NCBI GenBank assembly: GCA_044238145.1
Contig: JBIIDT010000008.1
Location: 3,610 to 67,609, forward strand
Direction: 5' to 3'
Length of the DNA: 64,000 nucleotides
From: Pirellulales bacterium
Lineage (GTDB): Bacteria > Planctomycetota > Planctomycetia > Pirellulales > UBA1268
The notes under the pieces were generated by a model. The model was not told the DNA's origin. It did not search any database and saw only the letters and a list, made by a program, of their open reading frames with translations. A program made the translations under genes and the position numbers. Position 1 is the first letter of the stretch. The number at the start of each line of letters is the position of its first letter. Below, piece by piece: positions 1 through 8,058 of the stretch.

Positions 1-406
1 CGCTGAAGAAGGCCGCGACCGGCACCCGCTGCCCGCCGCAGACCTTGAGGTGGGCGGCGATGTCGGGCCGCGCGTCGCGGTCGAGGAACCGCAGGTCGAT
101 CGCCGGGGCGGCCGCGGCGAACCGGGCGAAGATCGGGCACTGGTTCACGCAGTCGCCGCACCACGCACCCGAAAGCACGAGCACCGGCATGCGACGGACG
201 AAGCCGCCCAGCAGCCGCTGCTGGTCCGGCGTGAGCGCGATGCGGCCGTGGCTGGCGTCCCAGCGGGCCCGCTGCTCGGCCGTGGCATGCCGGTCGAGGT
301 ACTGCTCGTAGGGCAGGGCGGCGGCGAAGGCGGCGGCCCAGGCTTCCGCGGTGGGCGGGGCGCCCGCGCCGGGGATCGGGATCGCGACGGTGGCAGTGCT
401 GGTCAT
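1..406 (-). CDS. thioredoxin-fold protein, 3' end cut by window edge
   Basis: Absent from the ORF track because it runs off the window. My translation of the minus strand from the ATG at 406-404 gives MTSTATVAIPIPG...RRMPVLVLSGAWCGDCVNQCPIFARFAAAAPAIDLRFLDRDARPDIAAHLKVCGGQRVPVAAFF. The WCGDC (CxxC) motif directly follows a VLVLSG strand, which is the thioredoxin-fold arrangement. Confidence 0.6.
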   Translation of the reverse strand, partial: MTSTATVAIPIPGAGAPPTAEAWAAAFAAALPYEQYLDRHATAEQRARWDASHGRIALTPDQQRLLGGFVRRMPVLVLSGAWCGDCVNQCPIFARFAAAAPAIDLRFLDRDARPDIAAHLKVCGGQRVPVAAFFS

Positions 407-712
407 GGCGGTGCTCCTCGGGTGGGGCCGGATCATATCGCGTCGCGCCTCCGCAGACCGCGCGGATTCTCCCGCCACCCGCCGCCGGCGGCTCCTGGGG
501 GGAATGGGCAACCCCCCGGAGCCGCTGGATGCCGAGCGCGAAGCGGCCTTGACCCCGGAAAAAGCGGCACCTACTGTCCCCCCGCCTGAAGGCCAGGGAA
601 CGGGGCCACGCGTCACGCTCCCCTCGATGTCGCCGGCAGCACGGATGCTCGCCGTCGACCTCGAGTCGGTTCGAATCCGCGACCTCCACCTACCGCCCAC
701 CGTCCAATCGCT

Positions 713-774
713 CCCGGAAACGGTTCAGGTTCTCCGCCCCCCTGGGACCTGGACCGTTCCGGGGGCCTTTTTTT
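713..774 (+). terminator. rho-independent terminator with no annotated upstream plus-strand gene
   Basis: CCCGGAAACGGTTCAGGT (713-730) pairs with ACCTGGACCGTTCCGGG (747-763), with one bulge and one G-U. A 16-nt loop sits between them. GGCC and seven consecutive T (768-774) follow. A T7 run is exceptional in this GC-rich sequence. Confidence 0.6.
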
Positions 775-813
775 GCGCCCGTGTCGCGGCGGTGGCGGCA
801 TAGAATTGGGTCG

Positions 814-1029
814 ATGGACCCGCGGCCCCCTGCCACCGACGCCGAGCGGCTGATCCGCTGGATCATGCTGGCGATCGTCGGCTGGGGTGTGATCCACGCG
901 GTCGGGGCCTGGCGATTCAACCACGACGCCCGCCGGCCGCTGGTGGTGCTCGGCTGCGTGCTGGCGTTCCTGGGGTTCTGGTCGCTGATGCTGGCCGCCC
1001 GACGGCGGCGGCTCGAAGGGAGGCAATGA
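814..1029 (+). CDS. small membrane protein (two predicted helices), function unknown
   Basis: Same frame as ORF 781..1029. The ATG at 814 lies just downstream of the terminator. RLIRWIMLAIVGWGVIHAVGAW and LVVLGCVLAFLGFWSLMLAA are two hydrophobic spans. The stop overlaps the next gene's start (ATGA at 1026-1029). Confidence 0.45.
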   Translation: MDPRPPATDAERLIRWIMLAIVGWGVIHAVGAWRFNHDARRPLVVLGCVLAFLGFWSLMLAARRRRLEGRQ

Positions 1030-2750
1030 TGTCCATCGTCCTCGGCGCGAGCCTCGACAACGGCCTCGCCCCGCCGCTGGCGGCCCGGCCCGCGGTGCAG
1101 CGGGCCACGAGTGTCACGAGCCTGTCGATCGGCCAGTACCTCATCCGGCGGCTTTCCGACTACGGCCTGCGGCACGTGTTCGGCCTCCCCGGCGACTACG
1201 TGCTCGCCTTCTACTCGATGCTCGAGCACAGCCCGCTCGACCTCGTGAACTGCACCCGCGAGGACTGCGCCGGCTTCGCGGCCGACGCCTACGCCCGCGT
1301 CAACGGCATGGGCGCGCTGTGCGTCACCTACGGCGTCGGCGGCCTGTCGGTCGCGAACTCGGTGGCCGGGGCGTTCGCCGAGAAGAGCCCCGTGATCATG
1401 ATCTCGGGCGCGCCTGGCATCGGCGAGCGGTCGAGCGACCCGCTCCTCCATCACCGCGTGCGGGAGTGGCGGACGCAGCTCGAGGTGTTCGAGAAGATCT
1501 GCGCGGCCAGCCGCGAGATCGTCGATCCGGCGACCGCCTTCCGCGACATCGATTTCCTCCTCGACACGGCCTGGCGGCTGAAGCGGCCGGTGTACCTGGA
1601 ATTGCCGCGCGACATGGTGGCGGTGGTGCCCGACCAGATCCGCCCCTACCCGCAGCCCGAGCGGCGCAGCGACCCCGATGCGCTCGCCGAGGCGGTCAAG
1701 GAGGCGGTGGCCCGCATCGAGGCCGCCAAGCGACCGGTGATCATCGCCGGCATCGAACTGCACCGCTATGGACTGCAGGCCGACGCCACGGGGCTGGCCG
1801 AGGCGGCGGGCATCCCCATCGCCGCGACCATGCTCGCCAAGAGCGTGGTCAGCGAGGTGCACCCGCTCTACATCGGCCTCTACGAGGGGGCGATGGGGCG
1901 GCAGGAGGTGACCGAGTTCGTGGAGGACAGCGACTGCGTGATCCTCCTCGGGACGCTGCTCACCGACATCGACCTCGGGATCTTCACGGCGAAGCTCGAC
2001 GCCACGCGGAGCATCTTCGCCACGAGCGAGGACCTGCGGATCAGCCACCATCACTTCCACGACGTGCTCCTCGAGGACTTCATCCGCGGGCTCGCCGCCG
2101 CCCGGCCCAAGGCGGCCGCCCGTCGCCTGCCCCCGGGGCCGGCGGCCGCGGAGGGGCCGTTTCACCTCCAGCCCGAGGCCGCGATCACGACCACGCGGCT
2201 CGTCCGCCGACTCGACGAGTCGCTCGACGACAAGACGATCGTGATCGCGGACGTGGGCGACGCCCTGTTCGCCTCGAGCGAGTTGGTGATCCGCGGCCAG
2301 ACCGAGTTCATCGCGCCGGCCTACTACACGTCGATGGGCTTCGCGGTGCCCGCGGCCCTCGGCGCCAAGACGGCCCGGCCCGACCTCAAGGTGGTCGCGC
2401 TCGTCGGCGACGGCGCCTTCCAGATGACCGGCATGGAGCTCTCCACGATCGTCCGCCGTGGCCTCGCCGTCACGGTGATCGTCCTCGACAACAAGGGCTA
2501 CGGCACCGAGCGGCTCCTGCACGAGGGGAGCTTCAACGACATCAACCCCTGGCAGTACCAACTGCTGCCGCAGGTGCTCGGCGGTGGCACCGGCTACGAG
2601 GTCCGCACCGAGGGGGAGTTCGACGCCGCCCTGACGAAGGCCCTCGCCGACACCTCGGGCATGAGCCTGATCCGCGTGCACATCGGGCTCGAGGACCGCA
2701 GCCGCACGCTCGACCGCCTCGCCGCCGGTCTCGCCAAGCGGGTGCGGTGA
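1026..2750 (+). CDS. thiamine-diphosphate-dependent alpha-keto acid decarboxylase (indolepyruvate/pyruvate decarboxylase family)
   Basis: 574-aa ORF. IGQYLIRRLSDYGLRHVFGLPGDY and GVGGLSVANSVAGAFAEKSPVIMISGAPG match the N-terminal pyrimidine-binding domain of this family. The C-terminal ThDP motif is GDGAFQMTGMELSTIVRRGLAVTVIVLDNKGYGTE. Confidence 0.85.
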   Translation: MMSIVLGASLDNGLAPPLAARPAVQRATSVTSLSIGQYLIRRLSDYGLRHVFGLPGDYVLAFYSMLEHSPLDLVNCTREDCAGFAADAYARVNGMGALCVTYGVGGLSVANSVAGAFAEKSPVIMISGAPGIGERSSDPLLHHRVREWRTQLEVFEKICAASREIVDPATAFRDIDFLLDTAWRLKRPVYLELPRDMVAVVPDQIRPYPQPERRSDPDALAEAVKEAVARIEAAKRPVIIAGIELHRYGLQADATGLAEAAGIPIAATMLAKSVVSEVHPLYIGLYEGAMGRQEVTEFVEDSDCVILLGTLLTDIDLGIFTAKLDATRSIFATSEDLRISHHHFHDVLLEDFIRGLAAARPKAAARRLPPGPAAAEGPFHLQPEAAITTTRLVRRLDESLDDKTIVIADVGDALFASSELVIRGQTEFIAPAYYTSMGFAVPAALGAKTARPDLKVVALVGDGAFQMTGMELSTIVRRGLAVTVIVLDNKGYGTERLLHEGSFNDINPWQYQLLPQVLGGGTGYEVRTEGEFDAALTKALADTSGMSLIRVHIGLEDRSRTLDRLAAGLAKRVR

Positions 2751-2807
2751 GCCGCAGCGGGGCGGGGCTGCCCAGGGGCAACCCCGCCCCTTCACCGACC
2801 GCGGGTC

Positions 2808-4022
2808 CTACGGCTTCAACTGCGGCACGCCCACGGCGGCGCCGTAGGCCTGGATGAGGTCGGCCAGCGAGATCTTGTAGCTCGCCTGCAGGCTCTCCTC
2901 GACGGGCGTGCCCTCCTTGATGCCCTGCACGAAGGCGGCGAACTTCTTCAGGTCGCGGGCCAGGAACTTCACGAGGCTCGAGGCCATGCCGTACTGGACG
3001 GCGTCGATGTTCTCGCGCGTCAGGAACTCGGGCCCCAGCGTGCCCGTGCGGCGCATGAAGTCGAGAGCGTGGGCCTCCTTGAGCGGCACCTGGTCGGAAC
3101 CGGGCACGACCTTCGTGCCGACCCACTCGGCGATCCCCTCGTTGAGCCAGTTGGGGAGCCGCTGCGGCGACATCCAGCGGTGGTTGAACCCGTGGCTCGT
3201 CTCGTGGACGAGCATGTGGGCGAAGGCCGGGGCGTCGTCGCCCCGATGGCAGGCCATGATCACGCGGCCGTCGCCGCTCTGGTGGCACAGGCCGTGGGCC
3301 CCCGCCATCCGCACCTTCATGAACCGGGCCTCGAAGGCCTGGAAGTCCTGCTCGCGGAGGAAGGCGACCACCAGGCACTTGCCCTTCCACACCGGCTCGC
3401 CGCGGGGAATGCCGTACAGGTCGCAGAGGAAGTCGTGCATCGCGTCCAGGCTCTTGACGTAGGGCGCCATCTGGGCGGCCGGGATGTCGGTGGCCACGAT
3501 GAACTCGTGGGTTGCGGTCACCTGCAGGGCGGGGAACGCCTCCTTCACCTCGGCGACGAGCTTTTCCAGGCTCTCGACCTCGGCGGCGTGTTCGTCGGCG
3601 GACAGTTCGGGCCACGGCTGCACGCCGCGGGCCGCCATCCGCTCCCGCGACTCGGCCACCTTCTTCTCGTAGGCCTCCTTCGCCTTTCTGCCCTTCACCT
3701 GGGCCACGCCCTTGCCCTTCGCCTCCGCCTCGTGGATCGTCTCGCGGCCGGCCACGATCTTCACGACACCGGCGACGGGCAGGCTGGTGACCGCCTTCTC
3801 TCCCTCGGGCCGGAGCCGCAGCAGCGACGCCTTGCCGTCCTTCTCCACGACGCCCTCGAGCGTGGGGCGGACGAACCGCCGGCCGGTGCCGAGTTCCACG
3901 AGGTCGAGCGTGTCGCCCACGAATGGCTCGAGCCGCGTGGCGAGCTCGTCGGCCCGCCCCGCGACGCCGGCCGCGACGGTCGCCGCCGCGACCACGATCC
4001 CGAATCCCGTCAGCCGCCGCAT
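2808..4022 (-). CDS. secreted HExxH protein, DUF1570-like putative zinc metallopeptidase
   Basis: 404-aa ORF with the N-terminal signal MRRLTGFGIVVAAATVAAGVAG. Motif MLVHETSHGFNHRW is followed by NWLNEGIAEWVG (HExxH plus a downstream Glu, peptidase-MA-like). A paralogous pattern occurs at 24384-25718. Confidence 0.75.
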   Translation of the reverse strand: MRRLTGFGIVVAAATVAAGVAGRADELATRLEPFVGDTLDLVELGTGRRFVRPTLEGVVEKDGKASLLRLRPEGEKAVTSLPVAGVVKIVAGRETIHEAEAKGKGVAQVKGRKAKEAYEKKVAESRERMAARGVQPWPELSADEHAAEVESLEKLVAEVKEAFPALQVTATHEFIVATDIPAAQMAPYVKSLDAMHDFLCDLYGIPRGEPVWKGKCLVVAFLREQDFQAFEARFMKVRMAGAHGLCHQSGDGRVIMACHRGDDAPAFAHMLVHETSHGFNHRWMSPQRLPNWLNEGIAEWVGTKVVPGSDQVPLKEAHALDFMRRTGTLGPEFLTRENIDAVQYGMASSLVKFLARDLKKFAAFVQGIKEGTPVEESLQASYKISLADLIQAYGAAVGVPQLKP

Positions 4023-5242
4023 GCCGCCTCCTCCCGCTCCCGCGCCCGCCGCCTGAGTTCGGTGCTCGACACATCGAGCCGGAACTCGCGTTGTGAGACG
4101 AAGTATGTGATGTCCCGCAACGCCTGCGGCACCTCAAGCCGCGCCGCCTCCTGGAACTCGTCGCCCCGGGCCCGGCCGAAGACGATCAGCCCCGCGGCCC
4201 GGGAGGCGATCGCCCGCACCGCCTCGTCCGCCTGGGCCTCCGAGCCGCCGTAGTAGCGGGGGTCGGCGAGCCGGGCGTAGGTGTCGGCGCCCATCACGAA
4301 CGTGCTCCCCGGGAAGACGTCGAGCTTGTCGAGGAACCGCGCGGCCTGGGAGAGCCACAGCGGCCGGTCCGCGAACTGCGCCGCGCGGTCGCGGATCTCG
4401 AGGTAGTCGAGGGCGGGCTTGTCGACGTTGGTGATCGAGAGCTCGTACTCCACCGGCCGCTCCGCGATCTCCTCGGCGATTCGGGCCATGAGCAGGTGCC
4501 CCTCGTGGAGCGGGTCGAACGAGCCCGGAAAGATGAGCCGCCCCGGGCGGGCGGCGGGCTCCTCGGCCGGGGCGTCGGCACGGACGGCCCGGCGCTGGCC
4601 GGCGAACAGCTCCCGCCAGGCGGCCGGCGCCTCACACCGCTCGCGGAGCACCTGCTCGGACGGCAGCAGCGCCGCGGAGGTGACCGGCTCGCGGCCGGTG
4701 CACGCGGCCAGCAGCTCGTCGAGTCCGACCGCGGCTGCGACCGTCTCCTCCTCGTCCCGCGACCGGGCGTCCTTCGCCAAGACCAGTTCGGCTGTGGCCG
4801 TGGCGCCGAGCGACTGGATCGCCACGAAGAGCCGATGGCTGCCCCGCTTCGGCTGCCGCGTCTTGAGGCTGGCCGTCACGGCCATGCCCAGTGCCGCCTC
4901 CGCCGCCGCTCCACAGTCGCGGGCCCGCTGCCAGGCGGCCACGGCGAGCCGCCGGGCCGTCCGCGACGAGCAGTAGGATTCCTGCGGCCCGCCGAGCAGG
5001 CGGTCGATCGCCTCGCGGGCGTAGGGCACGAGCCCCTCGACGACGACGCCGCTCGCCCCGGGGCAGCCCACGAGGTGGGAGATGGCCTGCGCGCCGCCCC
5101 CGGTGGCCACGAGCACCGCGCGGCCGCCTGCCCGCTCGAGGGCGTCGATGATCGGTGCCGCTTCGGGAAGGGGCGTGGACAAGGTGCATGCCCGGGTCGG
5201 AGCCATCCCGACGGCCACGAATCGGCGGCCGGGATCGGACAC
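4010..5242 (-). CDS. fusion protein: CinA/PncC-like domain plus NadD/NMNAT-like nucleotidyltransferase domain
   Basis: 410-aa ORF. The C-terminal half carries IFPGSFDPLHEGH (HxGH motif) and DVSSTELRRR (ISSTxxR-like motif) of the cytidylyltransferase-fold NaMN/NMN adenylyltransferases. The N-terminal VLVATGGGAQAISHLVGCPGASGVVVEGLVPYAREAIDRLLG resembles the CinA C-terminal (PncC) domain. The start is GTG at 5242; an alternative ATG lies at 5206. It overlaps the upstream gene by 13 nt. Confidence 0.7.
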   Translation of the reverse strand: MSDPGRRFVAVGMAPTRACTLSTPLPEAAPIIDALERAGGRAVLVATGGGAQAISHLVGCPGASGVVVEGLVPYAREAIDRLLGGPQESYCSSRTARRLAVAAWQRARDCGAAAEAALGMAVTASLKTRQPKRGSHRLFVAIQSLGATATAELVLAKDARSRDEEETVAAAVGLDELLAACTGREPVTSAALLPSEQVLRERCEAPAAWRELFAGQRRAVRADAPAEEPAARPGRLIFPGSFDPLHEGHLLMARIAEEIAERPVEYELSITNVDKPALDYLEIRDRAAQFADRPLWLSQAARFLDKLDVFPGSTFVMGADTYARLADPRYYGGSEAQADEAVRAIASRAAGLIVFGRARGDEFQEAARLEVPQALRDITYFVSQREFRLDVSSTELRRRAREREEAACGG

Positions 5243-5401
5243 GCCCCATCATACCGGCCAGACGTCCGCCGATCGCCGGGCCTCTGGAGCGGCAGCCCCA
5301 CGAGCGGCCGTCGCGGTCCCGCTTCCGGGGGACCCGTTTCTGTGTAAACTGGAGGAGACGGGTTCATCGGCGGCCTCCCTCCTCCAGGCAAGGAGCCCGA
5401 C

Positions 5402-6610
5402 ATGCGTCGCACTTCGTTCTTATTGCTCGCGCCGCTGGTGATCGCGATTCCCGGCCTCCTGCCCGGACGGATCCTGGCGGAGGAACCTGCGGCTACGGAC
5501 ACCCCGATCGGCCGTCCGCGGATGACGATGCTCGAGCCATCGGCCGCCGATCCGCTCGCCCCGGTGGAAAAGGCGGCCAAGCGGCAGGCGAAGTCCGCGC
5601 GATCTCCGCGCCGCGGCGCCCCCGCTCCGCCCGCTGCCGGGCCGTTGGCCAAGGATGCCGGCGCGCCAGCCCGGCAAGCCGCCGTGAACCGCGGCGTCGG
5701 CTTCCTCGTCTCCGCGCAGGGCAAGGATGGGGGTTGGGGCCGCGAAGCGGGGCAGGCTCCATCCGACGTCGCCAGCACGAGCATCGCCGGCCTGGCACTG
5801 CTCAAGGCGCGGCCCGGAAAGGAGATCCCGGATCGCCTGCCTTGCGAGCGGCAGGCGGCCGCCTTCGTCGCACGGCGAATCGCGGAGTCGAAGCTGCCCG
5901 AGCAGTGGCAGCCCACCGTCGTCGATCCGATGGTGATCAACGACCTGGGCACGTCCGCGGACGCGGTGCTGGCGGCGCTGTTCCTCGCAGAGCACGTCGC
6001 CCACGCCGCCGAGGACGACGCCGCCTCGGCCGAATTCCGTGTGGCCGTGAACCTTCTGCTCGAGCATTTCGACGCACGGCTGCGGAACGAGCCGAACATG
6101 TTCCGGCAGCGGGCCCACGGGCTCTCACGGGCGACGCTCGCCCACGCCGCCGTGGTCGCGGGCCGTGCCGGCGTGCCGGTCCCCGAGGGGCTGGTCGCCC
6201 GGCTGGCCGACGGCTGCCGCGAGGACCAGCATCTGTACGGCCGATCGGCACGCATCGGGTGCCTGCATGCGGCTGCGTTGCAGGCCGGCGTCCCACCGTC
6301 GGACGACGCCCTGGCACTCGCCGACACGCTCGTGCAGCCGGTGCTCGCTGATTATCACGGCCGGTGGCCGTACGGCGCAGGGGGCGAGGTCTTCATGTCG
6401 CTGCTGTTCCTCGGCGCCATGCTCGGCGACGCGGGCGGGCCGACCGCGGCCGAATGGTCACGGGGCGTGGAGCAAGTGCTCGTGCAGACGCAGAGCGGCA
6501 ACGGTAGCTGGTCGGGCTCGTCGTGCATCAACAGCCGCGTGTTCTGCACGTCGAGCGCCCTGCTCGTGATGCACGCCGCGCCGGCCGCCGACCGCGTTGC
6601 GTCCCGGTAG
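5402..6610 (+). CDS. secreted prenyltransferase/terpene-cyclase-like repeat protein
   Basis: 402-aa ORF. AAGGAG lies 6 nt upstream of the ATG. The signal peptide is MRRTSFLLLAPLVIAIPGLLPGRILA. GVGFLVSAQGKDGGWG and LVQTQSGNGSWSGS are the QxxDGGW-type repeats of alpha-alpha toroid prenyltransferase/squalene cyclase folds. Confidence 0.7.
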   Translation: MRRTSFLLLAPLVIAIPGLLPGRILAEEPAATDTPIGRPRMTMLEPSAADPLAPVEKAAKRQAKSARSPRRGAPAPPAAGPLAKDAGAPARQAAVNRGVGFLVSAQGKDGGWGREAGQAPSDVASTSIAGLALLKARPGKEIPDRLPCERQAAAFVARRIAESKLPEQWQPTVVDPMVINDLGTSADAVLAALFLAEHVAHAAEDDAASAEFRVAVNLLLEHFDARLRNEPNMFRQRAHGLSRATLAHAAVVAGRAGVPVPEGLVARLADGCREDQHLYGRSARIGCLHAAALQAGVPPSDDALALADTLVQPVLADYHGRWPYGAGGEVFMSLLFLGAMLGDAGGPTAAEWSRGVEQVLVQTQSGNGSWSGSSCINSRVFCTSSALLVMHAAPAADRVASR

Positions 6611-6637
6611 CGCAGGGCCGGGAGAGTGGGGCGGCAC

Positions 6638-7804
6638 ATGAGCCACGTCCACCGCGGGATCGGGCCGCTTCTGCTCGCCTGCGGCGCGACGGCGGCGATC
6701 GGCGCCGAACCCGTGGGCTGGCGGGAGGCGGTCGCCCGCGGCGCGGCGTTTCTCGAGACGCGGCAGTCGGCCGACGGCGGCTGGCGATCCGACGTGTACG
6801 GCAACTTCCGTGCGGGCGACTCACTCACGCCGCTGGTGCTCGCGGCCCTCGAGCCCGAGACCGCGGCGTTCGACGGCGGCTGCCGCTTCCTCGCGGCACT
6901 CGCGGGGGACGGCGACCGCGAGCCCGCGCTCGACTATCCCGTCTACACGGCGGCCCAATCGGCGGTCGCGCTGCGCCGCGGCGGGCGGCAGGCGGCGGTC
7001 GACCGCTGGCTCGCCATCCTGCGCCGGCACCAACTCGTCGAGCGGCTGGGCTGGCTGCCGGCCGACCCGGAGTTCGGCGGCTGGGGTTATGCGACGGTCG
7101 AGCCGCGGAAGCCGGGGCCCGACGCGGTGCGGCTGCCGCTGCTGGAGCCGAACCTCTCGGCCACGTCGTACGCGGTCGCGGCCCTGCGGGCGGTCGGCGG
7201 CGCGCCCCAGGATCCGGCGTTCGCGTCCGCGCTCGTGTTCGTGGAGCGCTGCCAGAACGTCGCGGCCGCGCTCGCCGACGCCGACCCGGAGTTCGACGAC
7301 GGCGGATTCTTTTTCGTCCTGGAAGACGCGGAGCGCACGAAGGCCGGTTCGGCCGGCCGCGACCGCCACGGTCGCGTGCGGTTTTCCTCCTACGGTAGCG
7401 CCACCGCCGACGGGCTGCGGGCCCTCCTCGCCTGCGGCCTGCCCGCCGACCATCCGCGGGTCGTAGCGGCCCGGTCGTGGCTCGAGCGGAACTTCTCGGC
7501 CGAGGTGCATGCCGGACGGTTTCCGGAGGACCGCCGCGTGTTCCGGGACTCGTGCTTCTACTACTACGCCTGGTCGGTGGCTGCGGCCCTCGAGGCCGTC
7601 GGCGTCGACACGGTGCCAACGGCGGCGGGACCGGTCGATTGGCGACGGTCTCTCGCGGCGGCGCTCATCGCCTTGCAGGCGGCGGACGGCGGCTGGGTCA
7701 ATCCGAGCGGTGCCGTTCGCGAGGACGAGCCGCTCGTCGCCACGTCGTTTGCGGTGGCGGCCCTGCGGATCTGCGGGCAGCCGCGCATGGCCGCTGACCG
7801 CTAG
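6638..7804 (+). CDS. secreted prenyltransferase/terpene-cyclase-like repeat protein (paralog of the preceding gene)
   Basis: The track ORF starts at GTG 6626. I prefer the ATG at 6638, which sits downstream of GGGAGAG. A signal-like GIGPLLLACGATAAIGA is present. Repeats are AAFLETRQSADGGWRS, FGGWGY and LIALQAADGGWVNP. Confidence 0.7.
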   Translation: MSHVHRGIGPLLLACGATAAIGAEPVGWREAVARGAAFLETRQSADGGWRSDVYGNFRAGDSLTPLVLAALEPETAAFDGGCRFLAALAGDGDREPALDYPVYTAAQSAVALRRGGRQAAVDRWLAILRRHQLVERLGWLPADPEFGGWGYATVEPRKPGPDAVRLPLLEPNLSATSYAVAALRAVGGAPQDPAFASALVFVERCQNVAAALADADPEFDDGGFFFVLEDAERTKAGSAGRDRHGRVRFSSYGSATADGLRALLACGLPADHPRVVAARSWLERNFSAEVHAGRFPEDRRVFRDSCFYYYAWSVAAALEAVGVDTVPTAAGPVDWRRSLAAALIALQAADGGWVNPSGAVREDEPLVATSFAVAALRICGQPRMAADR

Positions 7805-7849
7805 CAGACCGGGGAACAGGTCGAGATAAGGCCGTTTCCGTCCGCCGAT

Positions 7850-7875
7850 CCCCCGGCTCGCGCCGGGGGCTTTAT
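7850..7875 (+). terminator. candidate rho-independent terminator
   Basis: CCCCCGGC (7850-7857), loop TCGC, then GCCGGGGG (7862-7869), followed by CTTTAT. It lies 46 nt after the stop at 7804. The U-tract is short. Confidence 0.45.
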
Positions 7876-8058
7876 AGAGGCGGGATTCCCCGGCTCGCGC
7901 AGCGGTCACGACCGGGGCGGGATCCACGGTTCACACGCGGGATCAAGCGTGCCCGGCTCGCCCGGCCTGCCCCGTTTGCCAGTTCTGCCTCGCGATTGCC
8001 GCGGCCGCTGCAGTGTCCGGCCAGATTCGGTCGATGCACGGGGCGGGAGGGATTTGCC

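Noticed and set aside
421-692. Complete tmRNA (ssrA), or a class II / selenocysteine tRNA ending at the CCTCCACC motif
   Set aside because: No 5' strand can pair with GACCTCC over 7 bp. The best candidates, GGGGGG at 497-502 and GGTGGGG at 421-427, give incompatible geometry. The T-stem has only 3 bp. There is no D-arm and no TCA anticodon loop. The only frames ending in stops give ...KRP and ...YCPPA, unlike proteolysis tags. The region is kept only as an unexplained tRNA-like fragment.
690-2795. 701-aa minus-strand ORF antisense to the ThDP-dependent decarboxylase gene
   Set aside because: Its composition is dominated by R/G/A/E/P/H and carries no recognisable motif. It fully overlaps a gene with clear family signatures. 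This is a typical long alternate-frame ORF of a high-GC genome.
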